Origin: Antedon mediterranea
Lineage: Eukaryota > Animalia > Echinodermata
Length of the DNA stretch: 64,000 nt
Reading direction: 5' to 3'
Assembly (NCBI RefSeq): GCF_964355755.1
Contig: NC_092680.1
Location: forward strand, 9,424,001-9,488,000
The notes under the pieces are model-generated. The model had not been told where the DNA came from and did no database searches. It saw only the letters and a program-made list of their open reading frames with translations. A program made the position numbers and the translations under genes. Positions 14,101 to 28,000 of the stretch are shown here, piece by piece. Positions within the stretch are counted from its first letter, which is position 1, and the number at the start of each line of letters is the position of its first letter.

Positions 14101-16137
14101 AATGATAAGGATATAAGAAAAATATTGTTCGTGCATAGCATAAACAAATATTTGAAGCATTTAACTGGCTTCTTACATTGTATTTTCGTATCGCATTATT
14201 AAAGTTGATTCAATACACACCGGCCCACTCACTCCATAGATTGTATTTAACGTAGCAAGCAAAGTATATTACCACTATTACGGATCGACTCATTTGAAAT
14301 AGCAGCAGCGATATGACATGCGACATTAATTTGCATAAATATAGATATTGCGAACATTCACTACGTGACGTCAGGTTCAAAATGTATAGAAATATCTCTA
14401 TATTGCCACTCGAGGACTAGACTAGCTATAATGTCAAAAAGCGGCAAAAAGTTCATTTAAGAATGATTGCAATCTGATTTTACTGGCTGATTTCATAAAT
14501 ATTGATATCGCAAACATGCACTTATTTATTGTTATAAACGTATTTATATATTGCCTATCGTTGAAATAATAATAATAAGAAGAACTTTATTGAACATACG
14601 CCTTTAAATCGGCGGCACACGTTCTTCTGGACGGTGCGTTCTTACATATATTACATACATTATGTTAGCCCGAAGGCTAAATAAAAGTATAAAGAGAGAA
14701 TAAAAGAAAAAACATTTAAATGAAAGAGAACGGATTGTACAAAAAGAAACTAAAGAGCAAAAAGTACAATACTTAATTTTGATGGAGTGTTATTATTTAT
14801 TATTAGTATTATTATCAATGTTTTTAATATGTTATTTTTAAAGAAAATATTATTAGACCTACAGTATGTCATTTAATTTAAATATTATATTGTTTATTAT
14901 TATTTTATTATTTATGTTCTTGTTAATACTGTATATCATTTAATTATGTTATGAGTTATGATCTTTATTTGTTATTTAGTTAATGAGAGGGCGCTATGCA
15001 TGTTTTAAAAATATTACCTTGTTTACAGTCTAATTCATGGACCTATATTAATGTATAGGCTAAGGTCCATGGTCTAATTGATCACTTAGTATTGATAATA
15101 TAAGTATTAATTTCTGTCGTTTTTATAGGAATGATTGTATACTTTACAATAATGTTTTAAGATGCAAAGAAAACTCATACCATGGATATTGAATCTAGAT
15201 AAAGATATTCAATAGCAACCAAAGTGGTCAATCTATGTGCAGATATTGTTATCCCATCCTTATTATATTATGGGAAAAGTTAAATTTCACTCTTTAATTT
15301 ACTCTTCCCGACCAAACACCTTGTGTAATTTCCATAAAATAGGCCCATGTCTACATTAGGCCTTGATTGATCACTTTATTGCAGAATTCTATATATATTA
15401 TACAACAAACAATACAAAACGGAATAGGATTTTCTGTTATTTATTCATTCATTCAGGCTTATCGCCTGACTTTATTTACTTTAGGCCTCTGGCCCCTAGT
15501 AATTAACAAAATAATAATTACATTGAAAAATAAAGCAATTTATGGTCACAAGATAAATGAATTAATTAATTTCGTTCTCTAAGCAAAACATATATCTTAA
15601 CTTATAAGCATGATAAATATATTTAGATAGATTATCAATAATTATTTAGTGAAGATAATGAAATTGCAATAGCCTTGTTCAAGATGGGTTTTTATAAACT
15701 TAATTAAAATGAGCTAAGATTTGAAGGCTATAGATCGGAATGTGTGACTGAATGAATAAAAGAATTACTCTATATGAGTAAAAAAATGTTTCAAATCAAT
15801 GAATTAATGTTTTCGCGTTACTTCCCAGTGATAGAGGGCGTGCTCATTAAAACACATTAGGTGATGATATTATTTCCATGGTTCAATAGATTTTAAAATA
15901 AATTATGCACGCTTGGAACATGAATGAATTTAATTTCAGCGCCTAGAATAAGTTTCGAATATATAATTAAAGCTAAACCATGGTAAGAAGTGACGAAAAA
16001 TAAAGACTATAAAGTTAAAAAAAATCCATACAAATTACATGATCAAGTAGTTGTTTTCACATACATGAATGAACCTACTAAAATAAAATTCATATTATTT
16101 GAAGATCTCCCATCCCCCAAAGTTATCAGACTGGACA

Positions 16138-16237
16138 TTTTTTAGTCGCATGCATTAGTCGCATGCAACGCGACTGTAGCTCACTATATGTCGGTCGGTC
16201 GGTAAACATTAAGGGCACGCGACTGCAGAGCCATGTA
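16138..16237 (+). mobile_element. Short HINE/DINE-like element, 5' part; its 3' hairpin continues at 18784-18796
   Basis: ttttagtcgc...cgcgact inverted repeat, (gtcg)n microsatellite, second cacgcgact, then gccatg|...|taatggccttgtt. Confidence 0.6.
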
Positions 16238-18783
16238 TATAAAAGATTGATAGCGCCGCAAATGACTTGGACGCCATTCGGGCGGACAAAATACCCGCGC
16301 GCGGATTGTGGTAAATTCAGTGATTAGTCCAGATCCCTATGTCAAAAAAAGTGCCTTCGTGTGCAGATCATGGGGAAAGTGTAAACATTGTGTTTTATGA
16401 ATATTTGAATCATGCTGGTTATAAAAACCCATGTTGTCAAATTTCTAAAATTCATCTTTGACCTCTGACCTCAATTTGAATGTTTTGACCCACTGAAAAC
16501 AAAATGATCATATCTTTGCAACGCTAAGATTAAATGAAATAATTTTAGTGTCAAATTATTTGGGAGATGCATATTAATATTCATTCTAATGGAAAAGTTT
16601 GTCCAAAAATGGCTGGAAGTATGATTTTTGGCATATTTGACCTTTGACCTACATATCATATAACTCCGTAACTAATAGTTGGACAAACTTTAAATAGGGC
16701 TCAAATTAATCTGAAGGTATATGTTTCTATTCAGTCTAATAAGAACTTTTACAAGAAAATGACCCGAAATATTTTTATTGACCTTTGACCTGTACTGGTA
16801 GTACATATTTCTATAATCTCAAAAACTATTGGCCGTAAAATGGTTGTTTTTGTGAAATGGTTCGAACAATTTACATTTATATGTTGTATAATAACAACAT
16901 TTTATAGAAATGTAAAAGAATTGTATTTATGATCACTAACTTTATAATTTATTAACATCACTAGCATTTGTTATAATATTAAAATGTGTTATATTTGCTG
17001 ATTTTAAGCACTTCACATGAATTTATCAGAATTATGTGTATTTAATATAAAGTTTATTTTTTTTTTAATATAAAGAAAATTTAATTGTCTATCAAATAAG
17101 ACTATTTTCGAATTATTATGGCTAAAACTTAATTAGATACAGGCAAAAAAGTGTATTTTTACTTGTGTGAACAGCGCCCTCAATCTTCATTTTTTCCCAA
17201 AAATACCACATTTTTATGTGTTTTCCTGAACTAAACAGGTTATAACTTTGTTTTAAAGACTTTTTACAGTAACCTGTAATTTACATACCTCTTTTTATAA
17301 CTTACTAGGTCAGTTTCTGAAAAAATTGAGAAAAATATTCCGATAGCTTGATATTTTTGTTGAGGTTATTACATGATACACACAAAAAAAAAAATTTAAT
17401 TTTGAGCTAAAAGTCCATCTTTTTGGTTTAATAAAAGCTATCTAGCAGATATTAATACACAAAATTCATATTTTATTGGATAGATATTATGATTATCTTT
17501 CCAATAAAATATGCTGTTTGTGTAAGAATGGCTGTGCAAGATTGTTTGTACTGGACCAAAAAGATGAATTTTTAGCACAAAATCAAAATATTTTTAGCAT
17601 GCACCATGTAATAACCTCAGGAAAAATATCAAGCTATAAAAATATTGTTTTCATTTTATCTCAGGAACTTACTTAGTATATGGTAGAAGGTGTATGTAAG
17701 TTACACGTCACTGACAACAAATCTTTTAAAAAGTTACAACCAGCTAAGTTTATGAAACCACATAAAAATGTGGTATTTTTGGGAAAAAATGAAGATTGAG
17801 GGCGCTGTTCACATAAGTAAAAATACACTTTTTTGCCTGTATCTAATTAAGTTTTAGCCATAATAATTTGAAAATAGTCTTATTTGATAGATAATTAAAT
17901 TGTCTTTATATAAAAAAAAACAACATTATATTAAATGCACATATTTTCTGATAAATTCATGTGAAGTGCGTAAAATCAGCAAATATGACACATTTTAATA
18001 TTATAACAAATGCTAGTGATGTTAATAAATTACAAAGTTAGTGATCATAAATAAAATTCTTTTACATTTCTATAAAATGTTGTTATTATAAAACATATAA
18101 ATGTAAATTGTTCGAACCATTTCACAAAAACAACCATTTTACGGCCAATAGTTTTTGAGATTATAGAAATATGTACTACCAGTACAGGTCAAAGGTCAAT
18201 AAAAATATTTCGGGTCATTTTCTTGTAAAAGTTCTTATTAGACTGAATAGAAACATATACCTTCAGATTAATTTGAGCCCTATTTAAAGTTTGTCCAACT
18301 ATTAGTTGCGGAGTTATATGATATGTAGGTCAAAGGTCAAATATGCCAAAAATCATACTTCCAGCCATTTTTGGACAAACTTTTCCATTAGAACGAATAT
18401 TAATATGCATCTCCCAAATAATTTGACACTAAAATTATTTCATTTAATCTAAGCGTTGCAAAGATATGATCATTTTGTTTACAATGGGTCAAAACATTCA
18501 AATTGAGGTCAGAGGTCAAAGATGAATTTTAGAAATTTGACAACATGGGTTTTTATAACCAGCATGATTCAAATATTCATAAAACACAATGTTTACACTT
18601 TCCCCATGATCTGCACACGAAAATACATAGGGATCTGGACTAGATCTGTAACAACAGCTCACTGGGTAAATTGTGGCTAATGACTTGTCGACTCGAATGG
18701 CGTCCATGATGGGATTTTATAGGGAGCGTAGTTTTGTAGAATGGGACCTAGCAACAGCAACGCAGCGCTATATTATAATTGTG
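16238..18783. mobile_element. ~2.5-kb foldback (long inverted repeat) element
   Basis: 16356-17225 is a high-identity reverse complement of ~17755-18621 (e.g. ttcgtgtgcagatcatggggaaagt / actttccccatgatctgcacacgaa). The centre (17230-17750) and the outer ends are degenerate inverted repeats. Confidence 0.9.
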
Positions 18784-18849
18784 TAATGGCCTTGTTAATT
18801 TTAGTTCATACTTGATTACCAGACTGAAACCATGAGACGGTCTAAAAGA

Positions 18850-18895
18850 ATTTCAACCAATCATAATAGCGAATTATAAACCCGCCCCCAATATC
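18850..18895 (+). promoter_or_regulatory. Putative INTS3 proximal promoter (CCAAT boxes and a GC box)
   Basis: ccaatc at 18857 and cccgccccca at 18881, 130-170 nt upstream of the ATG in a CpG-richer stretch. Confidence 0.45.
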
Positions 18896-19020
18896 ATGCA
18901 TAAACATCAAATCGGGTAAAAATCGATTGTAATTTGTTTTCTGCGCTCAATCGTCAGGTTCGAAGGCAGCGGTAAGGTTGTGAGGCTGTCGGTGTTTGTG
19001 TTGTTTTTGTAAATTAAAAA

Positions 19021-19098
19021 ATGGAAGAGAAAAAAGCTCTAGCCAAGTCGAAACTGTTCATTTCAACAATAATAGACACTAAAGATGAACTCGAAGAG
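19021..19098 (+). CDS. INTS3: INTS3 exon 1
   Basis: [26 protein letters not shown]|gtatt. Confidence 0.88.
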
Positions 19099-22000
19099 GT
19101 ATTAACAAATATTATCATTTTATGTTAGTTTTAAGCATATGTTTTCCTAGGCCTCAGAATGTGGCGATAAACTTAAAGTGTGTATCACGCTCGTAACCTA
19201 CTGGGCGAAATATACGGTAGTCCCCGTTCATTATAACGCAGGATATTATAAGGCTAGGCCTATATAATAACAATGGTTTCATTTTGTTTATTTATGTTGT
19301 GTGTGTGACCTGTAGCGATTACTATTTACAGTTTCTATGAAAAAAATATAGAGATTTTGTTAGAATGGATTAATCCTGTTTTTGGAGGAAATGCCAGCCA
19401 CTCACTCGCACTCACTTGCTCACTTTGTTGTGTCTCTCTAATTTGTATTTATTTACTAAATAACACTCTATAACTCTACAGTAGGCTAAGTCGGAACATC
19501 TCCCTCTCTCTTAGTACAAGAATCAAGATTATGTAACATTATTGTGTAAAACTGCAACTATTAATCATTTAATATTAATAATTACCAATTTATTATTTTA
19601 CATCATTATTTTGTTATTACGCCATATATAGTTGGCCAACAAAATTGTTACAGATAATTTAGAATGAGATTAGGTTATTTAGCCTGTCTTGATGCATTTA
19701 GGTTGTGACATATTATTTCATATAGAAATTGCATGTTTGTTTAAACACTATGTCTGGACATGCCTGCAGTGATCCTTCCTTATTAATAAGAAGGGTAAGA
19801 AGAGGTCACTCAGTATACAGAAGAAATGAATAGATAAATTTAATATAATTAAGTAGGAATCCCTTGTTTCAGTTACTATAATAGTATATTCAAGCATTTG
19901 TTATTCAAAATACTGTACAGAAATATTTATTATTAATATTATTATGTTAAAAGTGTGAATAATTGTACATCAATACAATGTATTTTTCTAAACTTCAGAG
20001 AATGGAGCGTGGTTATGAGTTATTAACAAAGCTCACCACAGACCTGTCAGAGCGCGAGGCTCACGATTCTCTCAACGCTGCGGTAAGTATTTAATATAAA
20101 TAATGTACAACATTTATTATTTTTGAATTTTGGGAAATTAAATTGGTATATGCTGCTAAGCCAAAGTAGACTCCTAACTCAAGCTGAAATTGTTTTTAAA
20201 AACGTCAATTCCTATACTGGATTAAAAAAAAAAATGTAATTTTGAATATATTTAAAGGTTTCAATTGTTTTTTTACTGCAGGCATGTAAAAGTATGCAAC
20301 AGCATGAGGAGATAACTCTTGGTCTTCTCTACAGCATCTTGACTAACCCATCAGCCGCTCCTAAGGTAAATGTTACTGCTTTTTTTCTACTGTTTATCTC
20401 CATAAATATAGAGGCTATTGAGTATTCTGTAGCATAATAAACTGAAACAGATGAGATGAACTCACCCTTGAAACAGATGAGATGAACTCACCCCTGAAAC
20501 AGATGAGATGAACTCGCCCCTGAAACAGAATAGATGAACTCACCCCTGAAACAGATGAGATGAACTCACCCTTGAAACAGATGAGATGAACTCACCCTTG
20601 AAACAGATGAGATGAACTCGCCCCTGAAACAGATGAGATGAACTCATCCCTGAAACAGATGAGATAAACTCACCCCTGAAACAAATGGGATGAACTCACC
20701 CCTGAAACAAATGGGATGAACTTACCCCTGAAACAGATGAGATGAACTCACCCCTGAAACAGATGAGATGAACTCGCCCCTGAAACAGAATAGATGAACT
20801 CACCCCTGAAACAGATGAGATGAACTCACCCTTGAAACAGATGAGATGAACTCACCCTTGAAACAGATGAGATGAACTCACCCCTGAAACAGATGAGATG
20901 AACTCACCCCTGAAACAGATGAGATGAACTCATCCCTGAAACAGATGAGATGAACTCACCCCTGAAACAAATGGGATGAACTCATCCCTAAAACAGATGA
21001 GATGAACTCATCCCTGAGACAGATGAGATGAACTCATCCCTTAAACAGCTGAGATGAACTCACTGCTGAAACAGATGAGATGAACTCATCCCTGAAACAG
21101 ATTAGATGAACTCACCCTTGAAACAGATGAGATGAACTCATCCCTGAGACAGATGAGATGAACTCATCCCTTAAACAGCTGAGATGAACTCACTCCTGAA
21201 ACAGATGAGATGAACTCATCTCTGAAACCGATTAGATGAACTCACCCCTGAAACAGATGAGATGAACTCACCCCTGAAACAGATGAGATGAACTCACCCC
21301 TGAAACAGATGAGATGAACTCATCCCTGAAACAGATGAGGTGAACTCATCCCTGAAACAGATGAGGTGAACTCATCCCTGAAACAGATGAGATGAACTTA
21401 TCCCTGAAACAGATAAAATGAACTTATCGCTGAAACAGATGAGATGAACTCAGATGAATGAGATGAACTTAAACTTACCCCTGAAATTCACTCATGAATC
21501 CGACGACAGACATGAATAATGAAACGTGTGGTCATCATTGATACATTTTTTACTTTATTTTTTTCATTCATTTCTGTTTATTAAATTTCTTTTCATAATC
21601 TTCACAGTCCTACCGTGATTTAACACTTGTTTCCCGTGATGGCATGGCTACTGCATGGTCCAGGTTAAATCAGATCATCATTGAAAGGTATCCTAAGCTG
21701 ATAGAGTCTTCAAGGACGCAAGTTGTCTGGTACACCAAAGAAATGGTCAATAATGGGGTCAATGGAATTGATAATGTTTGTTCTTCACTGATTAAACAAA
21801 TAGCTGGTAAATGAACAGATAATACTATTTACACAATCATGTAATCATATGTACTATAAAATAGGTTCATGCTTAATCTAAAGATATACCAAACAAAAAT
21901 GTAAGGTCGTGTTCGTACGGTGGTTAAAATAAGCGCTTAATTTCACCCATGCCTCGGGTTATAAATTGAGCGTTGTTCGTACTTGAAATATTTAACCGCT

Positions 22001-25000
22001 TAAATGCTTAATCGACAAATCACAAACCGGAAATTACGTTTTAAGGTCAGTTGTCTTTACAACCTACGACCCAATTTTCGCACGCTAGTTTCGTGTTGTA
22101 TATTTTTTACTCGCGATCTTTCTTTACAATAACAATTACTTGCTACCTTTTACACTGCTTATCCTTGCGACAAACCTTATGCCTCTTAACGCCGATAATC
22201 CTGCCTAAATATGCCTTCTCCTGACGACCATTATTTTACTCCTTGACGAAGAATTTGAGCCCAATGTTACACGACAGAAACACCACCGACCAGCTAGGCC
22301 TACTAAGTAAGCGGTCTACACCAACAAGGACAGCACCAGCTGACGATCGCTCTCGAAGCGTGTATGGAAGAGCTTCGTAGGAGAAATGACGGGCCTAGGC
22401 AGCGAACGTTTGTCAAAATTTGACACATTGCCTCTATCGGAGATTTATTATCCTCGAAGGCCGAGTATAATTGGATTATCGCTGAAATAACCTGCAAATT
22501 TGGTGAACATTTTGCCTCGAATTTTTTGTAGCCTGAGGCAAAAGTTAATTGGATCACGCGAACGGAAATCGGGAATAAGCTGGTATTTTCAACCCCTACG
22601 AACAGGCCCTAAGAGGCAATGCATTGTCACGATCTTCCACCATCTATTTCAAATATGTGCCTGGTATGACTCAATTAAGTAATATATTTACAGGGTTTTT
22701 TGGTTAAGATAAGAGCGACTTAAGCTCTGTCTACACTAACGCACTACTTTGACAAAAAAGTGTGATGTGCCCAATATGGTAGTGATATGCCCAAATGTGG
22801 TAGTGATATGCCCAAATATGGTTGTGATATGACATCATTCATCATGTTCATATATGGGCATATCACATTTTGTTAGTGTAGACAGAGCTTTAAAGGACAA
22901 CCATTTTCAGCTGGGTCATTTTCTTTAAAACTATTGAATATTTTGTAGGTGGTGATGTAAGTGCAAAGAATGTATGGCTAGCTGAGAATCTTTTGGATAT
23001 TTTTACAGAAAACAAGTAAGTTGATTTTGTACTAAATATTTGGTATAATAAAATTATCTTCATGTCCTTTCATTTACTTATTATGGTCTGATTAGCTGCA
23101 GTTCTGAAAATATCTATAGATAATCACTCTTTAGCAATCATTGGACTTGCCATTTACTTTTCTTTCTTTCAATTTTTCAAGTAAAAAATGAATATTCCAT
23201 GAAACATATTCGGATACATTCCTTACCTTAAAATTGTGGCCAATAAATGTATTTATTTTGTATAATAAAAACATTATTGCACTTTGTATGCATTGTATTA
23301 TTTTGACATACTGACATGCGAAAAGTGGTCAGTCAGTCAGCGGTGTATCCAAGCAGGAAGCAGGGACTGACACACTATCCTACTAGAAGCACCAACCCAA
23401 CCAGCCACCTATTTTAAAGCAGAACAAGACTGTGCCATAATAAAATAAGTTCATAGGCCAACCTGCTTAGCATTGCATCACAATGTGAGTGAGCTTGGTT
23501 CTGTATGTTCTGAATTGTTATTAAAAACTGTGTTTATCTTTATTAAGGTCATGGTTAGAAAAGTACCCAGTGTTGACAAATATGGCATTGTATACATATT
23601 TAAGAATTATTGAGGACCACAGTAGTGCAATGCTGGTACCACTCAAACAGAGAGAGGTTGATTTCTGTATTTCACTCCTCAGGTCAAAGGTAAGCATGGC
23701 AGGTTAAGATGGCACTGTTTTATTTTAATTTTAATAGAGGTACCCACTTCTGTGTTAGGCCGTTGATTGGCCTATGGTTTCCTCTTGGGAGACACATCAC
23801 AAAACAAAGTCAATCAATCTCGAAGCCGAGGGGTAATCAAACTTCAATTGCTAAAGAGTTCATGCTTTTTAAATCGCCTCTTTGATTATATTATTATAAT
23901 AATAATTATTTAAGAATACAAATGTACCTCATGTACTGTACAACCTGTGATTCATTAGGTGATCATTTAGATGATCACCTATTGTTATTGTATGAAATCT
24001 TTATTCTTATTTATTTCTCTCTGTACAAATTTGTGTAACAATTATCTCATTGATTTTTTCAGAATCTTTAATTATTTACAATATATGAAAGATAGGATCT
24101 TGCTAACGCAAATACAATAGCCGGTATCACAATCCGATCAAAGATCCCTCCGCATATAATAAACCATCCTTGTTAAATAATAATAATAAAGAGTTACTTT
24201 AAAAAAATGTTCATTATAAATCATATTTCTAGAATGTTTACTCGATGGTATATAAAGTTGGTTCGTACTTTCGGTACTAATTTTAACCACCTGATGTAAC
24301 CCTGTTTACTAATTAAATTGAGTTCGATAATTAGTTATTGACGATTAAAACGAATTTAGGTTCAACGATTTGCCCCAAATAGGGGTGTTTTCCGATCGTG
24401 GTATACACTGTCTAATGGATGTCAATTTGAAAAATACCCGCACACAATAATACGAGGACACTTCGCATTTTCCTATCTCCTCCTACGATAATTGTTTTTA
24501 ATAGCTGAAAATCGGTTGAACAGTTTGAGTACAGCATCATAATGTTGAAGACAGGCCGATTTTCTTTAAAAAATGCTATTTTGATACATGTAATATACGT
24601 TTTTACAAATGTATTGATTTGTGATGAATGGAACATTCCAAATTATTTGGTTTAACCATAGAGGTATAGATTTAGATTTATGGGCCCCCTTGGAGAATAA
24701 ACATAAATAGTATTGCAATGCTGTACAATACTGTTAAGGTATTAACCACTTTTGTTCGCAATTTGAATCGCAAATTTCTTACTGTGAGTGTTGGTACTGT
24801 TAGATATAATATAAACAAATATACAAATAAACTTTATTACTGTGAGTGTGGGTAGGCCCTACTGTTAGATTATAAACATATAATATACAAATAAATAAAC
24901 GTTATTACTGACAGTTGCTTCTCAACGTTTGTATTAATTAATAATTTAAAAATATATAAACGTACGTAGTGGTGTATCGTTACATGTACTTTACTATTTC

Positions 25001-28000
25001 AATCGACTATGACAGTGAGAGTTTTAACAAAGTATTAAATCGTAAATGTTTTACTGTATTTAGTGGTATATTATTATTTATAGGCCTATAAAACATTAAA
25101 AACAATATTTCGTTACTGAGTGGATAAGAATATATTGTAAAATGTTTCCTCTTTGTACCTATCTTCTTCCCCCATCCCTCAACCCTTAATGTTACATACA
25201 AAACACAAATTGGGTTTGTTTAAATGAGTCCAAATAAAAAAATTTGACTCATTTTGTTTCTCTCTCTCGGAAGTAATTCCCAGGGTGCTAATTTTAGCTG
25301 ACTACATAAATCATCGTGTATATTTATTCGTTTCTGTAAACGACAATGTATTATAGTCCTGCAGTACGTACATTTGAAATCTCCATTTTTTTCTCGCTGG
25401 AAAATACTGTGTATTCGAGAACCATCTGTGGGCACGACCTAGATGGTACACGAGCGAAGCGAGCGTGCCATCTAGTGTACTGTAATTTATGCAAATAAAA
25501 TTGAACAAATAACAATATAAAAAAACATTAAGGGATGACTCGGCCTCGTTACCTTGAATGCTATAGACGCGAGCACACCACCGAGCCATACACAAACTGA
25601 CTAAAAGTTGAAGTGTGTATTTATTATGCTAACCACTTTGGTGAAGATAGATTATTACATACCGCAATGAATCATATTTTGTTACTATGATGTCATCTTT
25701 AAACATTAAAAAAAATGATGCACTGTCTAAGTATTCTAATTCTAGTTATAGATTTAAATTATTTGCAAAATGTAGAAGTAAATTCATTTATTTTTCTCTT
25801 TCTTTAAGTTCTCAGTATGTTGTAGGATTGGTCGAGATTTACTAAGGCTTTTACAGAATGTTGCTAAGATACCAGAATTTGAGAAACTCTGGTTTGATAT
25901 TTTACATAACCCACAATCCCTTGGTCCACAATTTACAGGTATTTTTATTTTTGGTTATTTATTACAGCATACATTCCAACGTATAAAATATGCTTTCCAA
26001 CACAAATAACCCCTTCAGTAACTTTTTTCAGGCAAGTCAGGGACCATGTCAAAATTAATCTACTGTAGTTACTGCAGTAATTACATTTTTTGCAACTGAT
26101 AATTATTCTTTTTTAGGACAACCATACCAACTGTTATAACAGTGACTGCCTCATCAACTTCTACATTGAAACAAGCTAAAATTACATGTTATTGCAGTAA
26201 CAGATGGTTGTTACTGCAGTAACTGTAGTACAATAAATTTGACATGATCCGTAGCTTACCTGAACATCTCTGTTAGTTCAACACAAATTCGTCCAACTGT
26301 TCTGCATTCTCTTGGCGAAAATTAAACAGAGTATTTAATCACAAGGCAAAAAATCAAAAGATTATACTGCTTTATTTGAGAGTGTGATAAAATCATTAAA
26401 ATGAAATAGTTTTAAATACCGCATAAAATATGAGGTTACTCAATCAATGCTAACCATTGAACTTTATTTACCGCTGTTTCAATGTTGAAGACTTGTTTCG
26501 TATAACTATAAAAATAGTTACAAAAATCATTGAGAGCTAATGTTAATTGTTTTCAGGCATTATGCAGTTATTATCACAAAGAACATCACCAAAGTACTTG
26601 GCGTGTCGGTTAACACCAGATATGGAAAAGAAACTGGTATTTTTAACTTCAAAGGTATTTTTGACATTTTTCCATTCTAGAAATCTAAATATTGTAAAAG
26701 TTAACATTAGACAGGACTACAAAACATTTTTTTTTTCAAGGTGAAATTTGGTCAACAAAAACGATACCAAGATTGGTTCCAGAAACAGGTATGTACAAAA
26801 TTCTAAATAAATATCTTTGAGCCTAGTTTTACCTGGGTAAACGATATACTGACAGAAAAGGAGAATTGTTGGTTGAACACTCTACACACAAACAATACCT
26901 GGAATGGCAATGACGCTCTCTAATGAAAGCATCCAACATACTTCCAAACATTGCAACCACGTTTATACCTCTAGACCAAAGAGCTCACACTAGTAGCTAG
27001 CGTTAGATTTGAGCCCAGGGGAAGAATGACATCTGTACTTACAGTAAAAACGAAAAGCTACTTTGTAATAGAGATACTGTAAAGCTGAAAATGTTTACGT
27101 AGATTGAATAACGATTGCGGAAATAAAGGCTACACGAAAATCACACTAATAGCTAGGGTGTCACGAAACCTAAGACAACGAAAGCTAAGACCCCTTAAGA
27201 CCTAAGATCACGAAAGCTAAGACCCAAGACCTAAGATTACAAATATTTACCTTTCGCACCTGCCTTGTATTTTAACTCAAACATTTATTCTGAATACCAC
27301 ACCTTAGAATTAGCACTTTTATGAAAAAGAATCACATAAAAAGTAACAAATAAATTCTTAAATTGATGATTTTACAGACGTTTTTCTCGCACACATACTG
27401 TTTGCGAATTTTGCATGACTAGACCTAGGGCCTAACAAATCATCAATTTAAAGGATTTATTTATTTGTTTTTATGTGTTTCTCCTTCTTAAAGTACTTAT
27501 AAGTTCTAATTTAAAGGTGTGGTATTCAGGATAAAGTTAGTTAACAAATTTGGAGTCAAAATACAAAGCAGGTGCGAAAAAAAAACATCCTCCGAACCAA
27601 CACAATGGAGTAACTATATACCAACAAACAACCTGTAAAGTTTGTTTGTTGTAAAGAAAAAATATACATTTACTCAACGGGCGAAAATAATGTGAATTTA
27701 TCTATGTTTTGTGGTAAGTATTTAATTATATTTATGGTAATAAATGAAACCTACTATGTTTAAAATTATGTATGGATAAACAAGTATTGTTTTTTGGCTG
27801 TAGTATACCTTAGAATTTGTAATCTAGGTCTTGGGTTAGCTTTCGTGATCTTAGGTCTTAGGGGGTCTTAGATTTCGTGACACCCCTAATAGCTAGCGTT
27901 CGATTCAAGTCCAAGGGAAGAATGACATCTGACCAATTCACTTACAGGAAAATGAAAAGCTACTTTGTAATAGAGATACTGCAAAGCCCAAAATGTTTAA

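Noticed and set aside
16471-18707. ORFs inside the foldback element as a transposase
   Set aside because: Short, with no catalytic motifs, and they lie within the inverted arms.
22303-22682. ORFs in the Harbinger-like element
   Set aside because: Too short, with no DDE or Myb/SANT motif recognisable; the element is non-autonomous.
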